A DNA stretch of 64,000 nucleotides from Candidatus Spongiisociaceae bacterium (lineage in GTDB: Bacteria; Actinomycetota; Acidimicrobiia; Spongiisociales; Spongiisociaceae). Every line of letters starts with the position of its first letter. Positions within the stretch are counted from its first letter, which is position 1. This document shows positions 20,549 through 31,049 of the stretch, piece after piece. The notes under the pieces are model-generated. The model ran no database searches, was not told the origin of the DNA, and saw nothing but the letters and a program-made list of their open reading frames with translations. Made by a program: the position numbers and the translations under genes. The stretch is from the NCBI GenBank assembly GCA_965262915.1, contig OZ253564.1:4352001-4416000 (forward strand), read 5' to 3'.

Positions 20549-22147
20549 ATGCCCGCCGTATATCGGACCGAGTTAACGCCCCTTTCCTTCCTCGAACGCT
20601 CCTCGCTCGTCTACGCCGACAAGACGGCCATCGTGGACGGTGACCGCCGGATCACCTACCGGGAGATGGCCCTGGAGACCACCCGTATGGCCAACTCCCT
20701 GGCCGATTCGGGCATCGGACCGGGTGACCGGGTGGCCTTCCTGTGCTCCAACATCCCCGAGATGCTGCTGGCCCACTTCGGGGTGCCGCTCATCGGGGCG
20801 GTTCTGGTGGCGGTCAACACACGCCTCTCCCCCCACGAGATTCGCTACATCCTCGATCACTCCGGAGCGAAGATGCTGTTCGGGGAGACGGAGTTGCTCG
20901 CACCCCTCGCCGGGGTGATGGGGGATCTCCCCAACGTCGCCGAAGTGGTTTCGATCGAACGCTCCGGCACCCAGGCCGGATACCGGACCACCCCGTACCA
21001 CCGGTTCCTCACCAGGGGATCGGATCAGCCGCTCCCGTGGACCGTGGACGACGAGGAACGCACCATCTCGATCAACTACACGTCCGGCACCACCGGCCGT
21101 CCGAAGGGCGTCATGTACACGCATCGCGGTGCTTACCTCAACGCTTTGGGGGAGATCATCCACTCGCGCCACTCCCCTCGTTCCGTATACCTATGGACCC
21201 TTCCAATGTTCCACTGCAACGGTTGGTGTACGACGTGGGGCGTCACCGGAATCGGTGGGACCCACATATGCCTTCCGCGCTTGGATCCGGCCGAGATCTG
21301 GTCGCTGATCGACTCTCAGGGCGTCACGCACTTCAACGCGGCGCCCACCATCCTGATCGGTCTGGTCAACGCGCCCCAGGCTCACCCCTTCCCGCGGCCG
21401 GTGACCATCACCACCGGCGGGGCGCCGCCCAGCCCCACCCTCGTCGAGGCAATGGAGGGACTGGGGGCGGAGATCGTCCACTTGTACGGCCTGACGGAGA
21501 CCTACGGGCCCCACACCGTCTGCGAACTCCAGGCGGGTGTCGAGTCGATGCCCGTGGCAGAACGAGCCGGGTTTCTGGCCCGCCAGGGCGTGTCGTACCT
21601 CATTGCCGACCCCGTGCGGGTGGTCGACAACCAGATGCGGGATGTCCCGCGAGACGCCACCGCCATGGGGGAAGTGGTGATGAGGGGCAACAACGTGATG
21701 AAGGGGTACTTCGATAGCCCGGAGGCCACGGCCGAGGCCTTCCGAGGTGGCTTCTTCCACTCCGGAGATATCGCGGTTTGGCATCCCGACCAGTACATAG
21801 ACCTGCGGGATCGCTCGAAGGACATCATCATCTCCGGAGGCGAGAACATCTCGACCATCGAGGTCGAGAAGGTCATCTCCAACCACCCGGCGGTGTTGGA
21901 GTGCGCCGTGGTGGGCGTGCCCCACGAACGATGGGGAGAACGCCCGAAGGCTTTCGTGGTACTCAAGTCCGGCCACACCGCCCGGCCCCGGGAGATCATC
22001 GACCACGTAAGGGACCGCCTGGCCCACTTCAAAGCGCCCGATACGGTGGCGTTGGTCGATACCCTGCCGAAGACCTCCACCGGAAAGATCCAGAAGTTCG
22101 TTCTCCGGAACTCGGAGTGGGAAAGCAGCGCACGCCGGATCAACTAG
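20549..22147 (+). CDS. Acyl-CoA synthetase (AMP-binding)
   Basis: YTSGTTGRPKG, YGLTET, FHSGD, ISGGENIS. Confidence 0.92.
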   Translation: MPAVYRTELTPLSFLERSSLVYADKTAIVDGDRRITYREMALETTRMANSLADSGIGPGDRVAFLCSNIPEMLLAHFGVPLIGAVLVAVNTRLSPHEIRYILDHSGAKMLFGETELLAPLAGVMGDLPNVAEVVSIERSGTQAGYRTTPYHRFLTRGSDQPLPWTVDDEERTISINYTSGTTGRPKGVMYTHRGAYLNALGEIIHSRHSPRSVYLWTLPMFHCNGWCTTWGVTGIGGTHICLPRLDPAEIWSLIDSQGVTHFNAAPTILIGLVNAPQAHPFPRPVTITTGGAPPSPTLVEAMEGLGAEIVHLYGLTETYGPHTVCELQAGVESMPVAERAGFLARQGVSYLIADPVRVVDNQMRDVPRDATAMGEVVMRGNNVMKGYFDSPEATAEAFRGGFFHSGDIAVWHPDQYIDLRDRSKDIIISGGENISTIEVEKVISNHPAVLECAVVGVPHERWGERPKAFVVLKSGHTARPREIIDHVRDRLAHFKAPDTVALVDTLPKTSTGKIQKFVLRNSEWESSARRIN

Positions 22148-22758
22148 AAGGGTGCTGAGAGACCCGGAGACAGACCGTGCTCCGCGGCCATCGGGATATG
22201 GGCGGCGAACACTCCGGGGAGTGCACCAGCAGGGCCGGAACGACAAACCCCGAGTGAGCCTGACGGCCCTCTCGGGGTTGCCGTTGCTCTCCCTTGCCTT
22301 CGCCCGAAGGCGGCGGTTCGTTCGAGCCGTTTCGGAAGCCGGCCCGAAGGTCGCCTTCCCCACTACCCTTCCACGGCCGCATCGCTGCCACCGCTTCCGG
22401 GTCGCGGTCCCGGCTCGGACCGAGGTCCTGACCGGTGTTGCGTTTCCCCTATGGTCGCATCGCTGCTCCCGTCGGAGTCCCGCCCACCTTCCCTTCTGCA
22501 TCGGCGCCGGTACCGAGGTACCACCACCGGCTGCTCCAGTCCGGTCTCTGCCCGGGTTGCCCCGTTCAGCACTTACAAAGCTAAGTTGTCCGCAGAGGGA
22601 AGGCAAGGCAGAGAGATCGGAATCTTTCGCGCCTCAAGCATTCTTTTCGCGGCCGTCCCGGCAACGACTCCCGGCCTTCAGGACAAGACCCGGCATTGGT
22701 CGGCCACCCGGAGCACCTCATGTCACTTTCCGGCCGCCGGTCCCGTATAGTTACGTGC

Positions 22759-23673
22759 ATGTCATTAGTGATCACGCGTGAACGGCCCCCCCAGCCGACC
22801 GGACCGGAGGAGGTGGCGGGTCGATCCCCCGACGCCGTCGCTCCGGCTTCCGTCCAACCGAGCACGGCGACCCTCTCCCCCAGCCGGGCGTCCAACTTCA
22901 AACAATGTCCCCTGCTCTTCCGGTACCGGTCGATCGATCGTCTCCCCGAACCGCCCTCCGTGTACCAGGCCCGGGGCACCACCGCCCACCTGGCCCTCGA
23001 GTGCCTCTTCGATCTTCCCGCCGAACAAAGGACCGCCCAACGCCTCTTCGATCTGTTCCGCGAGGCGTGGACCGGTTTGCGCGCCGATCCCGAATACTCG
23101 GGACTGTTCGAGACCCTCGACGATGAGCGAGCCTGGGGGATCGAGAGCCTGGGAGTTCTGGCCAACTACCTGACCCTCGAGAACCCGGTAGCGGTCACTC
23201 CCCTCGGCAAAGAACTCGACATGACGGAGAAGGTGGGAGAGATCGTCATAAGGGGCATCCTGGACCGTCTCGACGAGCGCCCCGACGGTCAGCTGATGAT
23301 CGTCGACTACAAGACGGGACGCGCCCCGCCGGAGCGTTACGCCCTCCCGGCCTTCTTCGCCCTCAAGATCTACGCATTGCTGGTGCGCCGCAGGTTCGGG
23401 CGCACGCCTGCCGAACTGCGACTCATGTACCTGGGCAACTCCACCGTCTACTCGATCGGCGTGGACGACCGGGTTCTGGACGGGATGGAGCGCCAACTGG
23501 CCGCCTTGGCCGAGGCGATCGAACGAGCCATAGAGCGCGATCACTTCCCGCCCAGGCCCTCAGTGCTGTGCAAGTGGTGCTCGTTCCAGCAGATCTGCCC
23601 CGCTTTCAGCGATATGCGGGACGATGAGCCTTCCCGCCGCCCACCTCCCGTACCTGTGGCTCTGGCTGGCTGA
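22759..23673 (+). CDS. RecB-family PD-(D/E)XK exonuclease
   Basis: LSPS..QCP, GILDRLD, IVDYKTG, CKWCSF..C. Confidence 0.88.
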   Translation: MSLVITRERPPQPTGPEEVAGRSPDAVAPASVQPSTATLSPSRASNFKQCPLLFRYRSIDRLPEPPSVYQARGTTAHLALECLFDLPAEQRTAQRLFDLFREAWTGLRADPEYSGLFETLDDERAWGIESLGVLANYLTLENPVAVTPLGKELDMTEKVGEIVIRGILDRLDERPDGQLMIVDYKTGRAPPERYALPAFFALKIYALLVRRRFGRTPAELRLMYLGNSTVYSIGVDDRVLDGMERQLAALAEAIERAIERDHFPPRPSVLCKWCSFQQICPAFSDMRDDEPSRRPPPVPVALAG

Positions 23674-23684
23674 ACCCCGCCTAG

Positions 23685-23787
23685 CGGGGTACTGAGAAAT
23701 CCCTCCCCCCGTTGGCCCGACGGTCATGACGGACTGCCATGCCGGCGGACGATGGGCCGGCCAGCCGCCAGTTTTCTCGGCACCTTC
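23685..23787. mobile_element. MITE flanked by CTAG
   Basis: CTAG-CGGGGTACTGAGAAA...TTTTCTCGGCACCTTC-CTAG. Confidence 0.6.
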
Positions 23788-24182
23788 CTAGTGTCCTGAG
23801 TCTTTGGTTCGCGGTGTTCAGGAACCGGCGTCGTCCCACGATCGGCATGCCCACCGATTTACAGCACCCCCGCAGGGACCGGCCGCGCCGCCACAAGGGG
23901 ATTGACATGTCACAGTCCCGTTGTATAATGGTAAATAGCCGTAAACACCACCGGTCCGTTTTGCGGTACCGACCGGACCGGGGCAGGGATCATGTTGTCG
24001 GAGCCGACCCCTCGCAGGGGATGGCGGGACGCGTTCGGGAACCGAGGAGGTGGCGGTTGGGGGTGGGCCCGTCGGAGGGATCCGGTCCGGCGTTTTTCGC
24101 GTTCTCGGTCCCCCAAGGCCTGCCGGGTGCCATCGCCGGCACGTCCCGAGTATCCATAACTGATCCCGGAATCAGGACATTA
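23788..24182. mobile_element. Non-autonomous IS derivative
   Basis: Imperfect TIR TAGTGTCCTGAGTC / GAATCAGGACATTA. Confidence 0.5.
23902..23929 (+). promoter_or_regulatory. Consensus sigma-70-type promoter
   Basis: TTGACA-N16-TATAAT. Confidence 0.6.
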
Positions 24183-24187
24183 TGACC

Positions 24188-24281
24188 GTGGTCAAAACCC
24201 CTTCACGGCACGTCGACCGATGACATGATGCCTGTTCAGAGGAAGACGGGCCGTTGCCCCCCACCATCTTGCAGCACCCTC
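24188..24281. mobile_element. MITE, copy of 11617-11712
   Basis: Reverse-complement similarity; abuts gdhA TAG stop. Confidence 0.7.
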
Positions 24282-25550
24282 CTACGGGTACACCCCCCGC
24301 ACGAGTTTGGCAGCCGCAACCCGCTCAATGCCCTTCATGAGCGCCGCGGTCCGCATGTCCACCTTCTTCCTGATGCTCACGACGAGCACGTCCTCGAAGG
24401 CCCGGATCATGATCTCCCTCAGCCGGCTGACGATCTCGTTCTCCGACCAGAAGTAGTTCTGGAGGTCCTGTACCCACTCGAAATAGGAGACGGTCACCCC
24501 ACCGGCGTTGCAGAGGATGTCCGGAACGATGAGCACCCCCTTGTCCCGCAGCACCCGGTCCGCCTCCAGCGTGGTCGGGTTGTTGGCGCCTTCCAGGATC
24601 AGCTTGGTATCGACCTCCTCGACGTTGCGGGCCGTGATCACACTCCCGACCGCCGCCGGTATCAGCACCTCGCATTCCAGGGCGAACAACTCGTCCGGCC
24701 GGATGGGATCGGCCCCGGGAAAGCCTTGCACGCCGCCTGTCCTGTCGACGTGGCGGGTCAGCCTGCCCACTTCGAGCCCGTTACCGTTGTGGATCGCACC
24801 GCTGAGGTCAGCCACCCCGGTCACCCGGCAACCGAGTTCGGCCGCGGCGATCGCCGCGTAGCGGCCCACGTTGCCGAAACCCTGGATGACCACCCGGGCA
24901 CCATCGACCCGGACCCCGCACCGGGCGGCTGCGGAGGGCAGGAGGCTGATGACCCCGCGCCCGGTCGCTTCCCGGCGGGCTACCGAGCCACCCAGCTCGG
25001 GCGGCTTTCCGGTGACCACCGCCGGGACCGCGTAACCCTGGTTCTGGCTGTAGGTGTCCATGATCCAGGCCATGACCTGCTCATCGGTCCCCAGGTCGGG
25101 CGCCGGGATGTCTTTCTGGGGACCGATCATGTTTATCACCTCGGCGGTGTAACGCCGCGTGACCCTTTGGAGCTCCGCCCTCGAGAGGGCACGGGGGTTT
25201 ATCCGCACGCCCCCCTTGGCGCCTCCGAAGGGAAGCCCCACAAGAGCGCACTTCCAGGTCATGAGCATGGCCAGGGCCGCGACCTCACCCAGGTTGACAT
25301 CTTCCGCGTACCTGATCCCGCCCTTGGTCGGCCCCATGGTGAGCACGTGCTGCACGCGGTATCCGAAGGCGGTACGAACCTTCGAGTACTCGTCGGTGCG
25401 GTAGGGGAACGTGACCACCAGAGCACGCTGCGGCTTGGTGAGCCTCTCGCGCACGTTGTCGTCGAGGTTGATCATCTCGGCCACGTTCTCGAACTGGGCC
25501 ACCGCCTCCCGGTACATGGGCGAGTCCCACTCCATCTCGTTAGTTACCAT
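24282..25550 (-). CDS. gdhA: Glu/Leu/Phe/Val dehydrogenase (glutamate dehydrogenase)
   Basis: GPTKGGIRY, FGGAKGG, DIPAPD, QGFGNVG, NAGGVTVSYFEW. Confidence 0.93.
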   Translation of the reverse strand: MVTNEMEWDSPMYREAVAQFENVAEMINLDDNVRERLTKPQRALVVTFPYRTDEYSKVRTAFGYRVQHVLTMGPTKGGIRYAEDVNLGEVAALAMLMTWKCALVGLPFGGAKGGVRINPRALSRAELQRVTRRYTAEVINMIGPQKDIPAPDLGTDEQVMAWIMDTYSQNQGYAVPAVVTGKPPELGGSVARREATGRGVISLLPSAAARCGVRVDGARVVIQGFGNVGRYAAIAAAELGCRVTGVADLSGAIHNGNGLEVGRLTRHVDRTGGVQGFPGADPIRPDELFALECEVLIPAAVGSVITARNVEEVDTKLILEGANNPTTLEADRVLRDKGVLIVPDILCNAGGVTVSYFEWVQDLQNYFWSENEIVSRLREIMIRAFEDVLVVSIRKKVDMRTAALMKGIERVAAAKLVRGVYP

Positions 25551-25605
25551 TGTTTCCCCAGGTCAGAGGCTGTTTGACTTTTTTTGGTTACTACTTCTGT
25601 AACCG

Positions 25606-25983
25606 CTAGATGTCCGAGACGTTCTGGAACGGTACGACCAATCCCGAGACGGCAACCGCTCCGGACACGTCCATACCGCCGGCCACAATTTTCTGGAAGG
25701 ACGTGACCCGGCCCTGTAAGTCATGAGCGTACAACCCATCGAACAGAAACGATATCTCGGTGTCTAGCTTGGTCGATAGTTCCTCGACCACGAGATCGGC
25801 CACAGGTTGGACGGCGGTTGTGAGGAACCGCCGAAACGCGCCCCGCTGGCCAACTCCGTCCGCGTCCGTAACCAACGACACGCGAACGCCGCAAGCGGAT
25901 AGAACAGCCTCGAACACGTCCGACCGCAACGTCGGCACCACGGCGGGAGGGTTCACGCGGGTACCCAATCGCGAACCGACCAC
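25606..25983 (-). pseudogene. Phage portal-like C-terminal fragment
   Basis: RRFL..VQPVA..EELS.KLD..DLQGR resembles portal C-termini; no N-terminus. Confidence 0.45.
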
Positions 25984-26288
25984 CCTTCACACCATCACAG
26001 CCGCCTAGACACCGGGCAGAGCAAAAGAACACCTGCTACCGACACATCGCACCATATCCCTCACAGCGGTCGGCGGGTCAACGGGTCCCCGTCGGATCAC
26101 GGCACCCACACCGGGCCAGCTGCTCCAAGCGTGGGACCTGAGACACGTAAACTCGGCCAGGATCGGGGAAGGCGAGCTCACAGCGGCGGGTCTGAGGCGT
26201 CAGTGCCTGATGGAAGGCGTCGGACGTGGGGAACAGCGACAGGTTGACCTACGAGCAGCGGGCAGCCGCCATGTCGGTCCTCGACCTC

Positions 26289-26374
26289 GCAATACCGCAC
26301 AACAGTGGGATCGGAGCAGCCACGGCAAGAGCACCGACGTACTCAGGGGTCCGCCGCCGAAGTAGAGATATTGG
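26289..26374 (+). repeat. ~85-bp direct repeat, copy at 27547-27632
   Basis: GCAATACCGCACAACAGTGGGATCGGA...TAGAGATATTGG at both positions. Confidence 0.9.
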
Positions 26375-26387
26375 CGGAGTATCTCTG
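26363..26387. other. Putative tyrosine-recombinase site, family 2
   Basis: TAGAGATATT-GGCGG-AGTATCTCTG; identical at 31577, left arm also at 27621. Confidence 0.55.
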
Positions 26388-26815
26388 GCAACTCGAAGGT
26401 GACACCCCGGATACGAACTGCGGGTTTCAGCGCTGCCTATTACTGTCGGGGGTCCGGTGGTGGTTGCTCTGTTGAGTAGAAGCGGATCGTCATCCTGAGC
26501 GGTCTCTGCGATGGCGAGCCGTTCGATCACCGGTAGGCGACGAAGGCAGGCCGGAGCCATTGGGGGTTGATCATCGGGTTGACCAATTTGGACCTTTCCC
26601 TTGCGCGTCGAGCGAGGCCCCGTCTACTACGGGATCTCGGCTGACACCCTGCTCAGAGGATCACGGGGTCTACGCCACAGCGGATGCCTCACAGTGCAAC
26701 GGCAGCGGATCATCGCGCCGCTTGAACGCGAGGGTATTTCCTTGGAGAACTGTTGCACCCTCAACCCGCCGTTCGGTCCCCGGGGACGGGTCAGTACCGC
26801 CGCCAGTGTGTCCCG

Positions 26816-27352
26816 ATGACCGTCCATGCCTTTATCGACGAATCGCGACGAGGCCGCTTCTATCTGGTTTGTGTGGTTTTGGTCGACCCCGGTGACCTGC
26901 CCGCTGTCCGGGTGGGACTGCGTGCCATGCTGATGCCAGGCCAACGGCGTCTGCACTTCGTCAACGAGAGCGCCCGCCGCCGTCGGGGGCTGCTCGCGGC
27001 GATGTCCAAACTTCCCGTCCGCGCCCGGGTGTACACCTCAACCAAAAAAGAGCCCCTCGCTCGCCGGCAGGCTCTGGCGGCGATACTGAGCGACTCGGGG
27101 AACGTCGACATAACCCGGATCGTCATCGAACGGCGAGAAGCCGGCCAAGACACCCAAGAGCGCCGCCAGATCGCGGCGGCCATCCGCGCCGGTAACGCAC
27201 CAGCCGCTCTGTCCTACCAACACCTATCAGGCTTCGAGGAGCCCCTGCTATGGGTAGCTGACGCCGTAGCATGGTCATGCGGAGCCCAGGGCAGGTGGCG
27301 GTCCCGAGTCAGCGACATCCTCGACTACGTCCGCGACGTTGACCAGCGCTGA
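26816..27352 (+). CDS. DUF3800-like protein
   Basis: AFIDES, RLHF..E, EPLLWVADAVAW. Confidence 0.8.
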   Translation: MTVHAFIDESRRGRFYLVCVVLVDPGDLPAVRVGLRAMLMPGQRRLHFVNESARRRRGLLAAMSKLPVRARVYTSTKKEPLARRQALAAILSDSGNVDITRIVIERREAGQDTQERRQIAAAIRAGNAPAALSYQHLSGFEEPLLWVADAVAWSCGAQGRWRSRVSDILDYVRDVDQR

Positions 27353-27357
27353 CCCCC

Positions 27358-27432
27358 AGACGCGCGAAAGTTCGGTCACTCACCGTCCGGGGAGGTACCG
27401 AACTCCGCTTCCGCAGGCTACCGCCCACAGCC
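27358..27432 (+). ncRNA. DUF3800-associated RNA motif (putative)
   Basis: Directly 3' of the DUF3800 gene; GCGCGAAA-GTTCGGT..CCGTCCGG..ACCGAAC..CTTCC layout with complementary stem. Confidence 0.6.
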
Positions 27433-27692
27433 CCACCAGTATACCATTGACGCGCCTTCCCCACCCTTTAGGGGGAACACCCGGCCCACAAACCGGCTTC
27501 TAGCCATTTGGCTTATGTTGGTTAACGATCCGAAGGCTGGGTTCGGGCAATACCGCACAACAGTGGGATCGGACCAGTCACGGCAAGAGCACCGACGGAC
27601 TCAGGGGCCCGCCACCTAAGTAGAGATATTGGACCGGTATTTTGAGACAATCGGCCGCTGGCTACGATGTGTCCGGATCAAAGGGGGCAGAT

Positions 27693-29684
27693 GTGCGGAT
27701 CTCGGCCATTCTCAATCACATCGAGTACGGGCAGTTGGCTTTGCCGGAGTTCCAGCGCGGCTATGTATGGGGACGTGAGAACGTTCGTAGGTTCTTCGAT
27801 TCGCTCTATCGCCGCTATCCGGTTGGCGGTTTTTTGGTATGGGCGACTCAGCCCGACCCGCAGACGGTACGCGGCGATTCAGCTAAGTCGGGTGTTCCGG
27901 TCACGTTGCTGTTGGATGGCCAGCAGCGGGCTACGTCCCTGTATGGGGTGATGAGGGGCAAACCGCCGGAGTTCTTCCAGGGCAACGCGAAGGCGTTCAC
28001 CGGCTTGTACTTTGATGTTCGTAGCGAGACCTTTGAGTTCTATGGTCCTGTAAAGATGCGCGACGACCCGCTCTGGGTTTCCGTCACCGAGCTCTTCCAG
28101 TCGGATCTGTCGGCTGTCGCTAAGCGTATGAGGGGCTACGTAGAGGATTCCGATGTCATGTTCGAGTACCAGGATCGCCTTATGAGGCTTAGTGGCATCG
28201 GCAAGAAGGATCTGCAATTTGAGGAGATCACCGGCGAGGGTCGGACCGTCGACGAGGTGGTGGAGATCTTCAACAGGGTCAACTCCGCTGGGACCAAGCT
28301 TTCAACCGCGGACCTCGCCCTTGCTCGCTTGTGCGCCGACTCGCCCCAGGCGCGCAACGAGTTGCGTCGTCTGGTGGGTATCTGGGGGCAGGCAGGGTTC
28401 GCTCTAAGGCAGGAGTTGCTGCTGCGGTGCGCTACCACGGTAGCGACCAATCAGGCTTCGTTCAGCGCACTTCGCGGTGTGTCGGTCTCGGAGTTCGCGG
28501 TGGCGCTCAAGAAAACGGAGCAAAGCATCGATTTTCTTCTGACTCTGCTCGGTGGCCACCTCGGCATTGATCACACACGTGTCCTAGCGGGCCCCTATGC
28601 CTTCGCCACGTTGGCTCGGCTCGTTTCTGACAGAGGCGGCTCCATCAGAGATGTCCATACCCAGCAACTCATCCTTTTCTGGTATTTACACAGTTTCATG
28701 TGGGGCCGCTATAGCGGCTCGACCGAGACACGTATCCAACGAGACCTCGAAGCGTTGGAGAGAAATGGGATAGAAGGCCTGATTGCTGAGATGACTCAGT
28801 GGCGCGGCAGTCTGGAGGTTCGGCCCGACGATTTTGCGAGTTCCACTATCGGTGCCCGCTTCTACCCTCTGCTCTACATCTTGACCAGGGTCAACGGAGG
28901 CCGAGATCTCCTCAACGGTATACGTCTATCACATGCCATGTTAGGAAACCAAAGCAAACTCCAAAAACACCATATCTTCCCCAAAGCTCGGCTCTACGCT
29001 GCTGACTACGGCGTCTCACAGGTCAACGCCCTGGCCAACTTCTGTTTCCTGACAGCGCAGTCGAACCAGTCGATAGGCGCTGCCGACCCGGCCGTGTACC
29101 TCGCGGACGCCGAGGCGCGCAACCCGGGAGTTCTCAAGTCCCAGTGGATACCCGACGACGAGACGCTGTGGACGGTCGACCGCTACCCGGAGTTCCTCGC
29201 CGAACGCCGCTCCCTGCTGGCAGCGGCAGCTAACGAACTGCTCGACGCACTACGAACCGGTCGCCAAGGCCAACCCCCCAACATCGCTACGTCCGCTGAG
29301 AGTCCCCGGCCGGGGCCTGCTCCCGACCAGACGCAGACCCTCGACGAAGACGACCAAGACATCGTCGCTGTTCTCTCACTAGCGGACGAACTCGGCATCG
29401 CAGCACCGGAACCGCACTGTGAGATCTGCAACGACGAAACCGGCGAAGTGATCACCGTCGCAGATATAGCCTGGCCACAAGGCATCCAGCCAGGCCGCGC
29501 CGCACAACCTGTGGCGTTGCTGCTCGGAGCGGACCCCGGAACCAAGGCCTCCCTAGGCGAACTGGGCTACCGCTTCTTCACGTCCAGACAGAAGCTCGTC
29601 TGGCACCTCGAAGAACTACTCGGTGTTGACATAGACGGCGACGAAGCCATCGGGGAAGTAGAGACAGAGACGAACAACGCCTGA
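27693..29684 (+). CDS. GmrSD-family (DUF262) restriction endonuclease
   Basis: LPEFQRGYVW, LLDGQQR, FNRVNSAG, HHIFP..NALANF. Confidence 0.88.
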   Translation: MRISAILNHIEYGQLALPEFQRGYVWGRENVRRFFDSLYRRYPVGGFLVWATQPDPQTVRGDSAKSGVPVTLLLDGQQRATSLYGVMRGKPPEFFQGNAKAFTGLYFDVRSETFEFYGPVKMRDDPLWVSVTELFQSDLSAVAKRMRGYVEDSDVMFEYQDRLMRLSGIGKKDLQFEEITGEGRTVDEVVEIFNRVNSAGTKLSTADLALARLCADSPQARNELRRLVGIWGQAGFALRQELLLRCATTVATNQASFSALRGVSVSEFAVALKKTEQSIDFLLTLLGGHLGIDHTRVLAGPYAFATLARLVSDRGGSIRDVHTQQLILFWYLHSFMWGRYSGSTETRIQRDLEALERNGIEGLIAEMTQWRGSLEVRPDDFASSTIGARFYPLLYILTRVNGGRDLLNGIRLSHAMLGNQSKLQKHHIFPKARLYAADYGVSQVNALANFCFLTAQSNQSIGAADPAVYLADAEARNPGVLKSQWIPDDETLWTVDRYPEFLAERRSLLAAAANELLDALRTGRQGQPPNIATSAESPRPGPAPDQTQTLDEDDQDIVAVLSLADELGIAAPEPHCEICNDETGEVITVADIAWPQGIQPGRAAQPVALLLGADPGTKASLGELGYRFFTSRQKLVWHLEELLGVDIDGDEAIGEVETETNNA

Positions 29685-29833
29685 CTACGTTGCCGTACCC
29701 CCGGATGGCTATCAGCCTCCCACCAATACATAAATCTTGGGCTGCGTTTGGCCTGGTGGGGTGACCGTAGCAAATGGACGTTGTTGACACTTGGTTTGAG
29801 GGCCCACTTGGGCCGCCGTGCCGATACGAACGG

Positions 29834-29911
29834 CCGCCGTTCGGTCCCCGGGGACGGATCAGTACAGCCACCAGTACGTCGTAATGACCGTCCACGCCTT
29901 CGTCGACGAAC
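29834..29911 (+). pseudogene. Truncated duplicate of the DUF3800 leader and first codons
   Basis: CCGCCGTTCGGTCCCCGGGGACGG...ATGACCGTCCACGCCTTCGTCGACGAA matches 26766-26842. Confidence 0.75.
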
Positions 29912-30023
29912 CGCAGCAGCTCCGGGGCACGTGGCACGGGTGGCTGCTAGGCCGAGTTCGATGATGGGGGAGCTCGGTGGGTAATGGTGTGGCTGGGGTG
30001 GTTGGTGTCGCGCTGTTGGTTGG

Positions 30024-30575
30024 TCACCCGGTCTGGCGGCGGGCCTGGTCAGTGAACGAAGCCACCCCCGCCCTGCCGAGGGCTTCGAGCAGACCGTTCA
30101 GCGTTTTGGGAGCTTGCCGGTTGGCGGTTGCTTGGCTGTTGAGTTCGGTGATCACGATGGAGGGAGCCAGATCGAGTAGGTCTAGGAGGAAGTCAGCTGG
30201 GTGGATAACGTCGATGTTGTAGGGGTTGACGCTGGGGGCAGGGAAATCCGCCACGTTGAAGGTTACGATGGCGGCGGCGTCGGAACGGACCGCCGCGGCG
30301 AGGACGTGGCGGTCTTTGGGGTCGCAGGTCATCGAGTGCATGGCAGTGTGGTAGCCGGTGACCTCAGCTTGGGGGAAGGCGCCTTGCATCTCGGCGTGGA
30401 GATAGTCGACGGTGTCGCTGCGGATCCCTACCTCCACGAGGTTCCGGTGGAGTTCGGTGAGGATGTCAGCGGACCACAACGCCTGGTATAGACCGCGTTC
30501 GGCGAGTCGCAGAAGCGTGTCGCGTAGGTGGGCCGGGTACAGCACGCACGTGTCGAGGACGACCGCGCACGGCAC
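30024..30575 (-). CDS. PIN-domain toxin
   Basis: VVLDTCVL, DPKDRHVLAAA, IVTFN..DFP. Confidence 0.88.
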   Translation of the reverse strand: MPCAVVLDTCVLYPAHLRDTLLRLAERGLYQALWSADILTELHRNLVEVGIRSDTVDYLHAEMQGAFPQAEVTGYHTAMHSMTCDPKDRHVLAAAVRSDAAAIVTFNVADFPAPSVNPYNIDVIHPADFLLDLLDLAPSIVITELNSQATANRQAPKTLNGLLEALGRAGVASFTDQARRQTG

Positions 30576-30584
30576 CGGCGTTGC

Positions 30585-31049
30585 TCAGCGAGTTCGTTTG
30601 GGTGTTGCGGTCCGTTCGTACATTCCGCCTTCGTCGGCGATCTCGACCATCCGATCGAGGGAGTCCCGACGCTGGGTTGAGCGGTGCTGGCGGTAGGCGA
30701 GCACATCGGCGAGGCGAACACGACGGTGATGGCCCGGCCGCTCAAACGCTATCTCGCCTGACTCGAGAAGCTTCACGACCGTCGGTCGGCTGATACCCAA
30801 CAGGTCGGCTGCTTCCTGGGTTGTGAGACGCTGATGCACGGGAACAATCGTGACCGCCTGGCCGTGGGCCATTGCTTCGACAACATCGCGTAGCACAGCG
30901 AAGACCTCAGGGGGCAACACCATGTGCTCGCCGTTGGAGCCCGACACCGTCGCTGTCGGCTCAGCGCCTATCGGACCGAGCAGAGCGACCAGCTTGTCGA
31001 GCGACTCCTCGGGGGGCAGAACGGTACGTTCAAGCGTCAACGCAGCCAT
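30585..31049 (-). CDS. Excisionase-type HTH antitoxin
   Basis: LTTQEAADLLGISRPTVVKLL..GHHRRV; immediately upstream of PIN gene. Confidence 0.88.
   Translation of the reverse strand: MAALTLERTVLPPEESLDKLVALLGPIGAEPTATVSGSNGEHMVLPPEVFAVLRDVVEAMAHGQAVTIVPVHQRLTTQEAADLLGISRPTVVKLLESGEIAFERPGHHRRVRLADVLAYRQHRSTQRRDSLDRMVEIADEGGMYERTATPKRTR

Noticed and set aside
22152-22781. 209-aa ORF
   Set aside because: No motifs, atypical composition; region begins with a MITE-like end
26100-26290. Possible structured RNA or IS110/intron end
   Set aside because: No diagnostic motif I could confirm
29705-29745. Possible inverted degenerate family-2 site after GmrSD
   Set aside because: Only TATTGG.GG matches; too weak
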